DNA of 64,000 nucleotides from the NCBI GenBank assembly GCA_965203445.1, contig OZ241883.1, positions 288,001 through 352,000 of the forward strand, in the 5' to 3' direction. Numbering within the stretch: position 1 is the first letter of the stretch; every line of letters starts with the position of its first letter. Position numbers and translations under genes: made by a program. This DNA is from Candidatus Oxydemutator sp. GTDB lineage: Bacteria > Pseudomonadota > Gammaproteobacteria > Poriferisulfidales > Oxydemutatoraceae. Positions 42,801 to 49,210 of the stretch are shown here, one piece after another. The notes beneath the pieces are model-generated. The model was not told the origin of the DNA. It worked only from the letters and a program-made list of their open reading frames with translations, and ran no database searches.

Positions 42801-42929
42801 GAGAGCCTGCGACTGGAAGTCGTAAAAAGATGGGAGGCCCTGCGTCGTGCCGTACGCTGCCCCCGACAGCGACAGCAGCAACGCCGCCGCGCCTGCTTTG
42901 TACGGAATATGTCGTCCAACAGAGAACAT
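31503..42929 (-). CDS. Giant (3808 aa) secreted/surface protein: FG-GAP/VCBS repeats, ~13 choice-of-anchor-D (ASH-like Ig) domains, 3 x [Ig + Ca-binding cap + GLUG beta-helix], cadherin-like sandwiches
   Basis: Signal peptide; DVDGD/DLDRDG/DFDGDD/DVNNDG/DMDSDG repeats; repeated FG.V....T.T..I.N.G...L.I...SNDP domains; DYDSDxDGLIEI; GGLVG repeats; WDFGTSTQYPVL caps. Confidence 0.88.
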   Translation of the reverse strand: MFSVGRHIPYKAGAAALLLSLSGAAYGTTQGLPSFYDFQSQALINISSSTARVSTGQGSQRGITLAPASGVHKGSYSFQDVAHPVYQQFSALGSATIHDIALQDVDGDAVADVIIGSSDALFVLYTDLASGAISFRAAKVSTGSHDTLVFLDLDRDGNKDIVARKKVKQHYLPFFYKNDGDGGFEQGFQMSGQASNDLVIIHVDDGDSPDLVSAAFDGVLLFKISSRGEVDRRGSFSANGADKVIASGDFDGDDRADLVLGGGAKLRVFRNTGNWTFEEVYSHDASVSSISLGDVNNDGRLDIVAGTDGARNTLYLNNGSDRSYFDTGIEINGSGNSTVDVQLADMDSDGDLDLIEGNNAGTSIIYSNERGTYKTTGYNFLGGAAHAVALGDLDDDMDIDAVLGLATNTRKVCLNGGISTTAASTTLFDTGHGWVESSKVNMGSVVPALIHLTTTEVKPANTDVTYYLSNDGGGRWYQVRPGGSFRFPRSGGDLRWATRLTSLSPTTSPVIKNVRLEGGLQVYINGKAYKSSGTYDAGDVVARKPSTATLKLWNRGEKALSVDFTLRPDNEGFSLPGVGSDAGTSPTIAAGAEYETPLVFKPAEHGSRAHEADLTIRGSERGASIPDWTVSLTGFGVGPKILIEDREVSATRVNRTSVFHVWVRNLGNQTLNITGVETDPSDQFWFSPMDSSWRTNMFTIMSPRHSYRFQFRPKRRGVATATLAFASNAYNTEGNEVRLEGRGVAPVLRVFPGGAYSFGRVRSGSSATRTMEIGNHGDAVLEIKSLTVGSGLFSIQEAGGGSSAPHHIGEMSSASFVLSFAPRASFREDARTELTIISDDPLPARTTYTIVLRGEAFAPKMRFELAVCPAVKADGGICKFGDVEVGQETSTTLTITNAGRGEALEISSVVVAGDDFTVHGPSSATIEVGGSSTWQVHFSPSGYGPTPNGIMLTINNNDPENENGKPKVALEGRGIGADLAVSIDGVTLQDAGRYSFEDQSVGDSTSVLVVVSNTDADADEIALQVSGVALASTSSFAWSSSATFTVGPEASTTLHVSFRPPRRGVHETTLTITSNHLGGKPYQVRLAGTGTAPALVLTGFAGCRYATMTRTCDFGGVLAGGTSSVKVIVGNVGEEALRVTPTVSGGVYRLAGPADRLLDSGSTGTWTLHFSPPVAATSYAGALVFESNDPALSSRTVHLDGHGVGPKMVIRYWGCSDEDNMPGYDGKEYHYCYLDDVTVGTTRTVRVEIDNEGNQALVISSISVNQRYGRDYHLDGPATATIPVGVPDRWDVSCIPKFRFRGSRNAELSIMSNDRAMFPQQVLICGVVWSDMEVSVDGRSYSSDVGAYDFGKVEKGTSLTVPVVVTNTGTGRALVVRSLETSGTGFSVVGGGGGATIAAGASHTWRLRFSPKDTTTHAGELTVRSDDRERGEWRLSLEGRGVEAIPIIFGPPFNARVGRTDRQIVTIGNIGTAPLRIQSIVVTPGDFVPAVSAPNEDVERWLNERRGMAYTVTSDTRDTRELEPGDSTPLTVAFSPRVPSAEDNAVLTIHSNAPKHTVRLRGKGRGPLLLASIGADDNRRYVLSKATTHNVGTIVASDGVMVSTNVKVHLKNIGNEDLWVAADLTTGSGVFRLSTDVYPKYLITQNDPEPKSITVEFRPTDPGAYTETLTLTTSGSAVATHTIRLHGSRRLPLMEVGFGGGCRSTTRARTCDLGLVNVTTAQMGTLIVTNNSAERLLVTSALADADDAYSLVSSATQSIAAGSTATWDVRFTPRVVATTYAATLTFTGDHPDATARVNLTGVGAGPIPDVTYSGCTETSSFCDLPDVPYGTTATVRVTVENDGNADLVVRALDVPSRYDRNSPYTIEGSFPTTITSGSSHTWDVHLRAVEQQHRVRFAHRKELQIISNYHGAPPTKTLRALIIWPEIEVQVNGKIYASGNTYDFGKVWAGTETATLTIRNTGHFRDLVLDSIQVTGAGFSLNDTGTATIAAATTITRELRLSLNPRENTTSEGTLTMVSNDPDPRRNPYTLTLQGEFPDVRPDFGGATIATQTYVIHRRITSLILPTASSGNGTLGYGLTGPGNAETLPPGLSFDRGTRTLSGTPTAAFTTATYTWTATDEDGDGATLTFPITVLDYDSDEDGLIEIKNLAQLNAMRWDLDGDGRNPTNVAGYAAAFPGASSGISCRRSSATTDACRGYELVTALNFNTGDASTRTDDLYYNNGAGWNPIGSDSTNSYFGVFQGNGHTLSNLFIARSRQSKVGLFGHLTGRIAGVGLLDVAVSAYGYVGGLVGRNHGTISTSYISGSVAGTGHSAGGLVGVNREGRIIGSHSMAMVNGASQIGGLVGYNWGGRIIASYSTGTVSGRERAGGLVGSNSGWITASYATGEVSGHRQTGGLAGTNGGMIVASYATGRVSGHEDTGGLAGNNGDGTIVASYSMGKVTGSSYTGGLVGLKYPRFRPFGIYRYPGYIGSVYNSYWDTRTSGQSGSDGGMGQKTFELRAPTTYTGIYAAWNVDADGVAGGDDPWDFGTSTQYPVLRYGFSSTSVASQKAGQPTISTDASLRELRVTAGASVATLPNLLRGFEGGVTSYTVPVDVDAERVTVSATASHSRATVALSTADAATATAGRQVALTIGGDTAIMVSVTAQDGSVTTYVVTVRQPDSLPSFGATTIARQIYVVGGPVHKTLPAADEGNGTLGYALTGPGSTATLTLPPGLSLDRGTRTLSGTPTAAFTTATYTWKATDRDGDVAALTFPITVFDYDSDQDGLIEIKNLMQLNAMRWDLDGDGRNPTNVAGYAAAFPGATSGISCRRSSASSGVCKGYELAADLDFNTGTTGTRTDDLYYNGGKGWEPIAPCSGTYLYSCSSSDPMYAATFDGNGHSISNVYIRRRNHDYIGLFGRLADSSNVTRVKLLNVDAEGRIHVGGVAGRNRGSINASCVTGAVKGRLYQPFPSNVGGLVGWNSGKITASCATGTVSEGETVGGLVGSNSGEITASYATGAVDGSSHVGGLIGRDTGEITASYATGAVNGSSTVGGLVGWEHGKITVSYATGAVNGNSRLGGLTGENDGEIVASYAMGAVNGSWNIGGLVGENNGEIVASYATGAVNGSRNTGGLVGSSRSLNGYGAVTINSYWDTRASSQTESAGGTGKKTFELRSPTAYTGIYAAWNVDLDGVVGADNPWDFGTRAQYPILRYGHSTTSLALQQAVQPAISADSRLSALSIRNAMPGAGAALPLSPSFDAGTTSYFATAGSSTGRVTIAATAASTGATVAYAPPDADTAIGHQVLLNSDRDTVSTVRVTAQDGSATAYVIVVGRMDLHPSFGVATIARQIYVAGEQSVRKMLPEARGGNGALRYALTGPGSAATLALPLGLSLDAGTRTLSGVAATAFTTATYTWTAADSDGDATTLTFTIAVTGSRDYDSNNNGLIEIRSLSQLHAIRWDLNGDGTPDGAADYPSYAPAFPRAMAGMGCPTTGVVVGCKGYELMTALNFNTGYRTRTDDLYYNGGAGWEPVGGISNRYAAIFDGNGHGISNLYIKRRSRDYIGLFGYLDDSSSITQVKLLSVNVEGNYNVGGVAGRNKGSISASCAQGVVRGYYYVGGFVGRNSGTISASCAKGTVRATGWSTGGFVGINRPGGKIYANYATGAVNGRFETGGLIGDNSGEIVASYATGAVDGESYKGGLVGGNQGKIAASYATGAVSGWSWWRSWAGGLVGGAFDSGTVTNSYWNTDTSGQSTSRGGVGKSTSELRAPTAYTGIYAAWNVNLDGVAGGDNPWDFGTSTQYPVLRYGGHDVSRQRPPTETAARE
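33560..34150 (-). repeat. 78-bp (26-aa GLUG) coding tandem repeat array; related arrays at ~31790-32200 and ~35570-36070
   Basis: ccattgaccgcccccgtcgcgtaactggc-like units start at 33604, 33682, 33760, 33838, 33916 and 33994. Confidence 0.9.
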
Positions 42930-43013
42930 TGGATTTCCAAGCTTTGGAAGTTACATATTCTGGCAACAGAAGTCAAAGCGAAGGAGACTTCCCCGCTTCG
43001 CTATAATCCCCGC
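42930..43013. promoter_or_regulatory. 84-bp divergent promoter region with inverted repeat TTCCAA-gct-TTGGAA and a TATAAT box
   Basis: Inverted repeat at 42935-42949. TATAAT at 43002-43007, 6 nt before ATG 43014. Confidence 0.5.
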
Positions 43014-46000
43014 ATGAGGTCGCTGCCCCCAAAAAAGCGCGTTTTGTGGCTGGCCGGCCTGGTTTTCACCCTGGTGATGATCGGCTTGGCCGAGTATGCG
43101 GAACCGCCGAACGAGGGAGCGGACACCGAAGCGCCCGTATCATCAGTCGCCACGTCTGACCAGCCTGCGCCACCAGAACCACCCAAGAACTTCCGCTCAG
43201 TACTACAGGCCGTTAAAACCATCCCGGCGCATCTTCAAGACGCCAAGACCCAGCGTCAAGTCATCTACGCAAAGCGCGTGGCCGGCACAGCCGAACCGCA
43301 CGCCGGACCGATGGCGTTGTTGTCGCAGATGAAGGAAGTAAAAATCGAATACCTGAACCAGTTTGACGTAACGACAATCGAGATACCACCGGATTGGGAC
43401 GCCGGATGGCTGATGGAGATTCTGAACGAGGATACATCAGTGGAATACACGGAAAAAGCAGACTACGAGATTACCTTACACAGGGCGCCAGTAACGCCGA
43501 ACGACCCATTCTTTCCGCAACAGACCAACCTGCACGATCCAGTCCGCGACGTGGACGTGAACGCGCCACAGGCGTGGGCCTATACGACCGGAAACGCAAG
43601 CAGCGACGGCATAGTGGTGGCGGTGATGGACACCGAATTTGCCATTCATTCTGATTTCGAGGGCAACTTGTGGGTCAACGATCAAGAGATAGCAGGCAAC
43701 GGCATAGACGATGACCACAATGGCTTGGTGGACGATATTCACGGCTACGATTTCTCTCGCAGCACGGGAAACCTGACGGCAGGGACGGCTGGGCACGGTG
43801 CGACAGTAGCCGGCGTCCTCGGCGCGCGCGGGAATAACCGACATCAGATAGCAGGGGTCAGTTGGAAGGTCCGTATGATGTTTTTGGACTTTATCAGAGA
43901 CCGCGGCAGCTTTATACCTGGTATAGGTGAGCCTTTGACAGCATTTAACTATATTCTGAATATGCGCGACCGGCACGACGACGATACGCTCCCCGGGGGT
44001 GCAGATATCAGGATGATCAATGCCAGTTGGACAAGAACTCCACCGTCTGATTGCATCCCCAAGACACTTTCTAAGGCATACAAAAGACTGGAAGCCAGAG
44101 GCATCTTATTTGTCCAAGGTGCAGGCAATGATGGTACTGACATAGATGGAACTGATACGTGGCCGCGGTGTTTGGAGGGGTTGTCAAACCACATTCATGT
44201 TGCGTCTCACGATAGGACCAGCTTTTCCCTGGCATCCCGTTCCAGGGCATCCCGCTCCAACTACGGGTTGGAAACGGTTGATTTGGCGGCGCCGGGCGAG
44301 GAAGTGCTGGCCGCGGTACGCGCAGATGGCTCTATAGGTCGAAACAGCGGCACTTCCCTGGCGACACCGCACGTATCGGGCGCGACGGCCTTGCTGTGGA
44401 ACTACCGTCCCGACCTGACGATGGTTGCGGTGCGCAACATCCTGCTTGAAACCGTGCGCCGGGTTCCGGAGTTGGCGGGCAGGGTGGCCACTGGCGGCGC
44501 GCTGGACGTGGGAAACGCGCTCTACATGGCGTCTCTGACGCCGGGGATAGTGCTTCACACGTCGCGCACGGCGGTGATCGAGGGCGGCAGGGGGTATGCG
44601 GACGTATCGCTCAGGCTTCCGCCGTCGTGGCGCACGACGTCGGGCGTGGCGGTGTTGCGGGCGGGTGTCGCACAAGGTTTGGGCGAGGTGTCGCCGTCGT
44701 CGCTGACGTTCACGTGGTCGAACTGGCGCGAGGCGCAAAGGTTTTCGTTCGACGCGCGCGACGAGTTGGACGTGGGGAGCGGCTACACGGCGGACATGAG
44801 GATAGCGGTGGACGCGCTGCGCACGACGACGGATTCGAGGGGCATATCGCCGACGACGGTCACATTCACGGTGGCGGACGTGGGGGTCTCGTCTGCGACG
44901 GTGTCATCATTGTCCGGCGACGAGGTGTCGGAGAGCGACGGGAAAATTGCATTCCGTATCCGTCTGCGCGGCGTGGCGGGCACGGCATCTACACCGGTGG
45001 ACGTGGGATACCGCCTGTCGGGTGCGACGCGTGGCGGGGTCGCGGGGGATACGGGCAGGGACTATACGTGGCCTGTGGGCTACGACGCCGAGGCCGGTAT
45101 CGGCACGGCGACGGTGGTGGCCGGGGATACGGCTGTGGTCGCGCTGCCGCTGCACGACGACGAGGTCAACGAGGCGGACGAGGACGTGTCGCTTGCATTG
45201 CTGCGGGTGGTCGCGGGCGGTGTCGAGGGCGTCTTGTCGTCGGGCAGCCGCGCGACGGTGCTTATCAACGACGACGATCCGCTGACGGTCAGCATCGAGA
45301 ATATCACTTCTACGGGTACATTCGGAGGTCGAGTTGTCTCCTATGTTCCGGTGTGGTGTGGCGAGAGACCGCGCAGAGACCCTTTTTCACTTCTAACACC
45401 GGATGTACCCGAAGGTTGTTCGATCAGGTATCGGATCAGGATGAGCGGCGTGTCGTCGGGCGCGGTGGTGGTGCCGTGGCGTGCGCAGCGCTGGTCGTAT
45501 CAGGGTATTGACGACCAGCGCAACGACGCGAGTCGCCCGGACGTGGCTACGGAGGGGGGTATGCCGCAGGCGGACGGCGGGGTGATGGGAAGCGCGTACA
45601 TAGAGGCGGGAGAGACCAGCGCGACGATTGAGGTGGTGGCGTTGCGGGACAACTTCGATGAAAGTGAAAGTGGTGATATTTTCGAGATGAGGTTGGGCGA
45701 ATCTGAGCCAAGCACAAGAGCGGGTCGGGTGACGAGTCGAAACCATCGCCGCGCTCATTTCAGCTCTGGGAGGCTAATGGATTTGTTTGGATTTTCCATC
45801 GACGACCCTGATGGCAATTTAATTCATCGCATAAGCGCGCGCGCCGCTGTTTCCCCGGTGGCGGAGGGAAGCAGCGCGGTGTTCACGGTGGAGTTGGAGC
45901 ATCACTCTCTCCACACAAGCGATCCGCCGGCGGCGGGCCACCCGTTGGTGGTGGATTGGGTATTGGGCGGCGTGGAGTCATCGGATTACGCGGGCGCGTC

Positions 46001-47396
46001 GTCGGGGAGTTTGTCGTTCGCGACGCGCGGGGTGCAGAGCGTGGTTGTGCGTCTGGTCGAGGATGGCGTAATCGAGGCCGACGAGGAATTGGTGCTGACG
46101 CTCTACAACGAGCGTTCAAGCAACCTGCGAAGCGGGATACGAGTAATAACACCTTCGGTGCGCGCGACAATCCGCAGCCGGGAGCGTGCGACGGTGCGCC
46201 TGGAGAGTCTGGCTACGCGGATGTTCGAGGGCAGCACCGGGACCGCGTTTCGCATCTGGCTGGAGAGCAGCGGCGGTGTTCCGATCACGGTCGAGCAGGG
46301 GGCGGTGGTGTCGTGGACGCTGGCGGGCAGTGCCGTGGAAGGCCTGGACTACCGCCTGTCGCCTTCGGGCCGCGCCGAGATCCCGGCGGGCGGCAGCGAG
46401 ACGGTGGTGCGTCTGTGGGCGCTGGCCGACGCCGTGCGCGAGAGCAGCGAGAGCGTCGTGATGCGTCTGGCCGGCGTGGACGCGCGCGGCGCGGTGGATG
46501 CCTCCGACAACAAGGCGCTGGTGTTGTCCGATGATGAGGCGCGGACGGTGATAGCGGCAAACCGCGTGTTGCGCGTAAAGGTGCGCGCGCTGTTGCAAGG
46601 CGCGTATGACCCGGCGCGCACTATGATGCGCACGGCGCTGATAGAACACCTGCCGGCAATGCAACCGTATAACGTGCGCCCATGGCACCACGCGGCGACA
46701 ACGACGGTGCCCGGAATAACAAACGGATCGGGCTTGTCATCGGTTACGGCGACGGTCGTGGACTGGGTGCTGGTGGAGTTGCGCACGGCGCCCCCCGATG
46801 TAAGCACGGGTGCAAGCACAAGTGCGAGCACCGGTTCAAGCGCGCAGGCGGCGGCGAACGCGCCCGCGTTCGCCCGGGAAGCGGCGCTGCTGTTGCGCGA
46901 CGGCACCATCGCGGGCATACGCCCGGGCGCATCCTCGCCGTCGGAAGCGCTGGAACCGGGCGGCGTATCGTTTGCAGGCGTGGATGTCGCCACCGCCAGC
47001 AGCGGCACTTGGTACATAGTCCTGCACCACCGCAACCACCTGTCGGTGATGTCCGCCGCCCGCCTGGAGTCCCAGGACACCGCCTGCCCCGCCGATTACT
47101 GCGCCGACTTCCGCACCGCCCAATCCCACGGCGACGGCCAGGTTGCCGTAGGCGAAGGCCTATACGCACTGCCCGCCGGCGACACCAACCGCGACGGCAC
47201 CATAGACGCACAAGACCACGCCCTGATACGCACAACCAACCTGATCCCCCTGACCCCCGCCCACTACCGCACCCCGAACGAGTCCGGCAACTACAAAGCC
47301 GACGCCGACCTCAACCACGACGCCGAAGTCCTGTCCCAAGACCGCCACTTCATAATAAAGAACCACGGCCGCCGCCGAATGATTTCGGTACGGTAA
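43014..47396 (+). CDS. S8 (subtilisin-family) serine protease with Calx-beta domains and a dockerin-like C-terminal domain
   Basis: N-terminal TM/signal; VAVMDT (Asp), GHGATVAG (His), GAGND (oxyanion Asn), SGTSLATPHVSG (Ser); DDEVNEADE and EDGVIEADEE Calx-beta motifs; GDTNRDG and DLNHD Ca loops. Confidence 0.87.
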   Translation: MRSLPPKKRVLWLAGLVFTLVMIGLAEYAEPPNEGADTEAPVSSVATSDQPAPPEPPKNFRSVLQAVKTIPAHLQDAKTQRQVIYAKRVAGTAEPHAGPMALLSQMKEVKIEYLNQFDVTTIEIPPDWDAGWLMEILNEDTSVEYTEKADYEITLHRAPVTPNDPFFPQQTNLHDPVRDVDVNAPQAWAYTTGNASSDGIVVAVMDTEFAIHSDFEGNLWVNDQEIAGNGIDDDHNGLVDDIHGYDFSRSTGNLTAGTAGHGATVAGVLGARGNNRHQIAGVSWKVRMMFLDFIRDRGSFIPGIGEPLTAFNYILNMRDRHDDDTLPGGADIRMINASWTRTPPSDCIPKTLSKAYKRLEARGILFVQGAGNDGTDIDGTDTWPRCLEGLSNHIHVASHDRTSFSLASRSRASRSNYGLETVDLAAPGEEVLAAVRADGSIGRNSGTSLATPHVSGATALLWNYRPDLTMVAVRNILLETVRRVPELAGRVATGGALDVGNALYMASLTPGIVLHTSRTAVIEGGRGYADVSLRLPPSWRTTSGVAVLRAGVAQGLGEVSPSSLTFTWSNWREAQRFSFDARDELDVGSGYTADMRIAVDALRTTTDSRGISPTTVTFTVADVGVSSATVSSLSGDEVSESDGKIAFRIRLRGVAGTASTPVDVGYRLSGATRGGVAGDTGRDYTWPVGYDAEAGIGTATVVAGDTAVVALPLHDDEVNEADEDVSLALLRVVAGGVEGVLSSGSRATVLINDDDPLTVSIENITSTGTFGGRVVSYVPVWCGERPRRDPFSLLTPDVPEGCSIRYRIRMSGVSSGAVVVPWRAQRWSYQGIDDQRNDASRPDVATEGGMPQADGGVMGSAYIEAGETSATIEVVALRDNFDESESGDIFEMRLGESEPSTRAGRVTSRNHRRAHFSSGRLMDLFGFSIDDPDGNLIHRISARAAVSPVAEGSSAVFTVELEHHSLHTSDPPAAGHPLVVDWVLGGVESSDYAGASSGSLSFATRGVQSVVVRLVEDGVIEADEELVLTLYNERSSNLRSGIRVITPSVRATIRSRERATVRLESLATRMFEGSTGTAFRIWLESSGGVPITVEQGAVVSWTLAGSAVEGLDYRLSPSGRAEIPAGGSETVVRLWALADAVRESSESVVMRLAGVDARGAVDASDNKALVLSDDEARTVIAANRVLRVKVRALLQGAYDPARTMMRTALIEHLPAMQPYNVRPWHHAATTTVPGITNGSGLSSVTATVVDWVLVELRTAPPDVSTGASTSASTGSSAQAAANAPAFAREAALLLRDGTIAGIRPGASSPSEALEPGGVSFAGVDVATASSGTWYIVLHHRNHLSVMSAARLESQDTACPADYCADFRTAQSHGDGQVAVGEGLYALPAGDTNRDGTIDAQDHALIRTTNLIPLTPAHYRTPNESGNYKADADLNHDAEVLSQDRHFIIKNHGRRRMISVR

Positions 47397-47416
47397 CCGG
47401 CAGGGTTTTCGGCCCG

Positions 47417-47498
47417 CCCTCTCCTAGGGGGAGAGGGTCGCATTGCGGGTCGGCGGCCATGCTTTCCCATTTCTTATTCTCCTCTCTCTGGGAGAGGA
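47417..47498. repeat. Pair of CCTCTC...GAGAGG hairpins (REP/BoxC-like), possibly a terminator between convergent genes
   Basis: CCCTCTCC-taggg-GGAGAGGG (47417-47437) and TCCTCTC-tctgg-GAGAGGA (47480-47498). Confidence 0.55.
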
Positions 47499-47519
47499 AA
47501 ATATCAGCCACACCGACGC

Positions 47520-48542
47520 CTATTTGACGCCGTACGAGGCTTCCAGTTCCTTTATCATCAAGTCCGCCTGCTGCGGTTCTTTGGAGTGGCGGCCGGCCGC
47601 GGCAACCGCTTTTCTCGCTATTTCCACCGATAGCTTCTCCTTGTCTATGCCGATGTATTTTCGGCCCTCGTTCAAGGCCGCCACGGCCGTCGTGCCGCTG
47701 CCCACGAAGCAGTCGAGAACGACGTCCCCGGTTCGGGTGAACAGGCGTATCGCCCGTCTCGGCAGCTCGACCGGAAATTGGGAATCATGGTCGGCGTTGC
47801 TGCGCACCGACGGCACGTTCCAGACGCCGCGCGAACCCCAATCAACCCATTCTTCCCTGGTCAGTCTCGAGCGATCAATTTTTGTTATTCCCGGCTTCCA
47901 GAAAATGTAGAGATATTCGAACTCGTCCACCGAACGATACGAGATGGTGTGCCACCGCGAGTTTTCCCAGGCCGCGTCCTTTACCCACACCCGGCGATCG
48001 TACAGATAAAAACCCGCCTTTGCCGCCGCCGCCTCTACCAGACCGCCGGCCAGAAACACCCTGGTCTGCGGCTGGTATTTCCCGCCCCTGACGTTGTTGC
48101 CGTTGAGCCTGCGATCTATCGTCTGCTCGCTGCACCCGAAGTGTTCCGCAAGCCTGTATCTGTTCCAGTCCGGATGTTTTTTCTTCACCGCCAGGACGTC
48201 CTCCCGGGACAGGTTTATTCTCCTTCGAGACACGTTCTCGGCCATGATTTTCGGCATGGTCTCGTCCTTGAAGCAGAGAACGTCGGCGATGTTCACGGCC
48301 AGAAAACCGCCGGGTTTGACGATGGGGTAATGCAAAGATATGACGTCTCTCAACAACGCTTTCCAGCATGCAAAAGACAGATCCTTCTCGTATTCCTTGC
48401 CCACGAAATAAGGCGGCGACCATATGCTCAGGGCAATGGATTCCGGCGCAATTCTTTTCAGGAAATGCCTCGCGTCGCCGTGATAGACGTTGTTCGGCGC
48501 AAGCGGGCGGCGCAGATTGATTACCGCCACGTTCCGGTGCAC
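47520..48542 (-). CDS. Orphan N4-cytosine-type DNA methyltransferase (beta class) with internal HTH-like insertion
   Basis: WSPPYF, HDSQFPVELPRR, VVLDCFVGSGTT; insert NRYRLAEHFGCSEQTIDRRL. Confidence 0.88.
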   Translation of the reverse strand: MHRNVAVINLRRPLAPNNVYHGDARHFLKRIAPESIALSIWSPPYFVGKEYEKDLSFACWKALLRDVISLHYPIVKPGGFLAVNIADVLCFKDETMPKIMAENVSRRRINLSREDVLAVKKKHPDWNRYRLAEHFGCSEQTIDRRLNGNNVRGGKYQPQTRVFLAGGLVEAAAAKAGFYLYDRRVWVKDAAWENSRWHTISYRSVDEFEYLYIFWKPGITKIDRSRLTREEWVDWGSRGVWNVPSVRSNADHDSQFPVELPRRAIRLFTRTGDVVLDCFVGSGTTAVAALNEGRKYIGIDKEKLSVEIARKAVAAAGRHSKEPQQADLMIKELEASYGVK

Positions 48543-48620
48543 TCCCGCTTTTCCCGGTCATAGGCGATGGTTTGCGTTTTCACTTGTAGACCAACCACCC
48601 CGTGGTGCCCACGTCGGTTT

Positions 48621-49199
48621 CTACACTCCCTTTACCAGCAGGAAGTATTCGACGGCGCCGGCGCGCGCCTGGCGTACGCTTTGCCAGGCGCGCGGCGGCG
48701 CAAAAGTGCCGGCGGCGGATTCGACGTACACCAGCGCATCCGGGCGGATCAGTTCGGGCCGTTCGTGCAGGCGCTCGCAGGTTTGCGCAAGCAGGTTCCC
48801 GCAAAACGGCGGGTCGAGGAAAACGACGTCGTAAGGGCCGGCGGCGGTGAACGCCTCGGGACGCGCGAGGAAACTCGCGGCGTCGCAATGGACAACCTCG
48901 AGGCCGTGCGCGCCGAACTCCTCGGCGTGGCGCCTGATCCGCGCGCACACCTCGGCGTTCGCATCGAGCAGCGTGGCGCGCGCGGCACCGCGCGACAGCG
49001 CCTCGAAACCAAGCACGCCGCTGCCGGCGAACAGATCGAGGCAGGCGGCGCCCTCTATCGCCGGTTGCAGCCAGTTGAACAGCGTCTCGCGGGCGCGGTC
49101 GGGGGTCGGGCGCACGGCAGCGCCTGCGACCAACGAGAGCGTGCGCCCGCGCCAGCGCCCGGCGATGATTCGAACCGTGCCCGCGCGCCGTCGCGCCAC
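48621..49199 (-). CDS. rsmD: 16S rRNA m2G966 methyltransferase
   Basis: VRIIAGRWRGR, RPTPDRARETLFNWL, LDLFAGSG, FLDPPF. Confidence 0.95.
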   Translation of the reverse strand: MARRRAGTVRIIAGRWRGRTLSLVAGAAVRPTPDRARETLFNWLQPAIEGAACLDLFAGSGVLGFEALSRGAARATLLDANAEVCARIRRHAEEFGAHGLEVVHCDAASFLARPEAFTAAGPYDVVFLDPPFCGNLLAQTCERLHERPELIRPDALVYVESAAGTFAPPRAWQSVRQARAGAVEYFLLVKGV

Positions 49200-49210
49200 C
49201 GGGACGCCCG

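Larger units (their letters stand above)
31420..48580. mobile_element. Putative ~17 kb genomic island between coaD and rsmD (no mobility gene inside)
   Basis: Separates rsmD and coaD, which are commonly adjacent in proteobacteria. Atypical codon usage and GC mosaic. Degenerate direct repeat GGTCATAG-N1/3-ATGRTTTGC at 31423-31440 and 48556-48575. Confidence 0.55.

Noticed and set aside
42636-43013. N-terminal extension of the S8 protease overlapping the giant gene
   Set aside because: The signal/TM segment and TATAAT box support ATG 43014; the extension is antisense to the giant gene's start.
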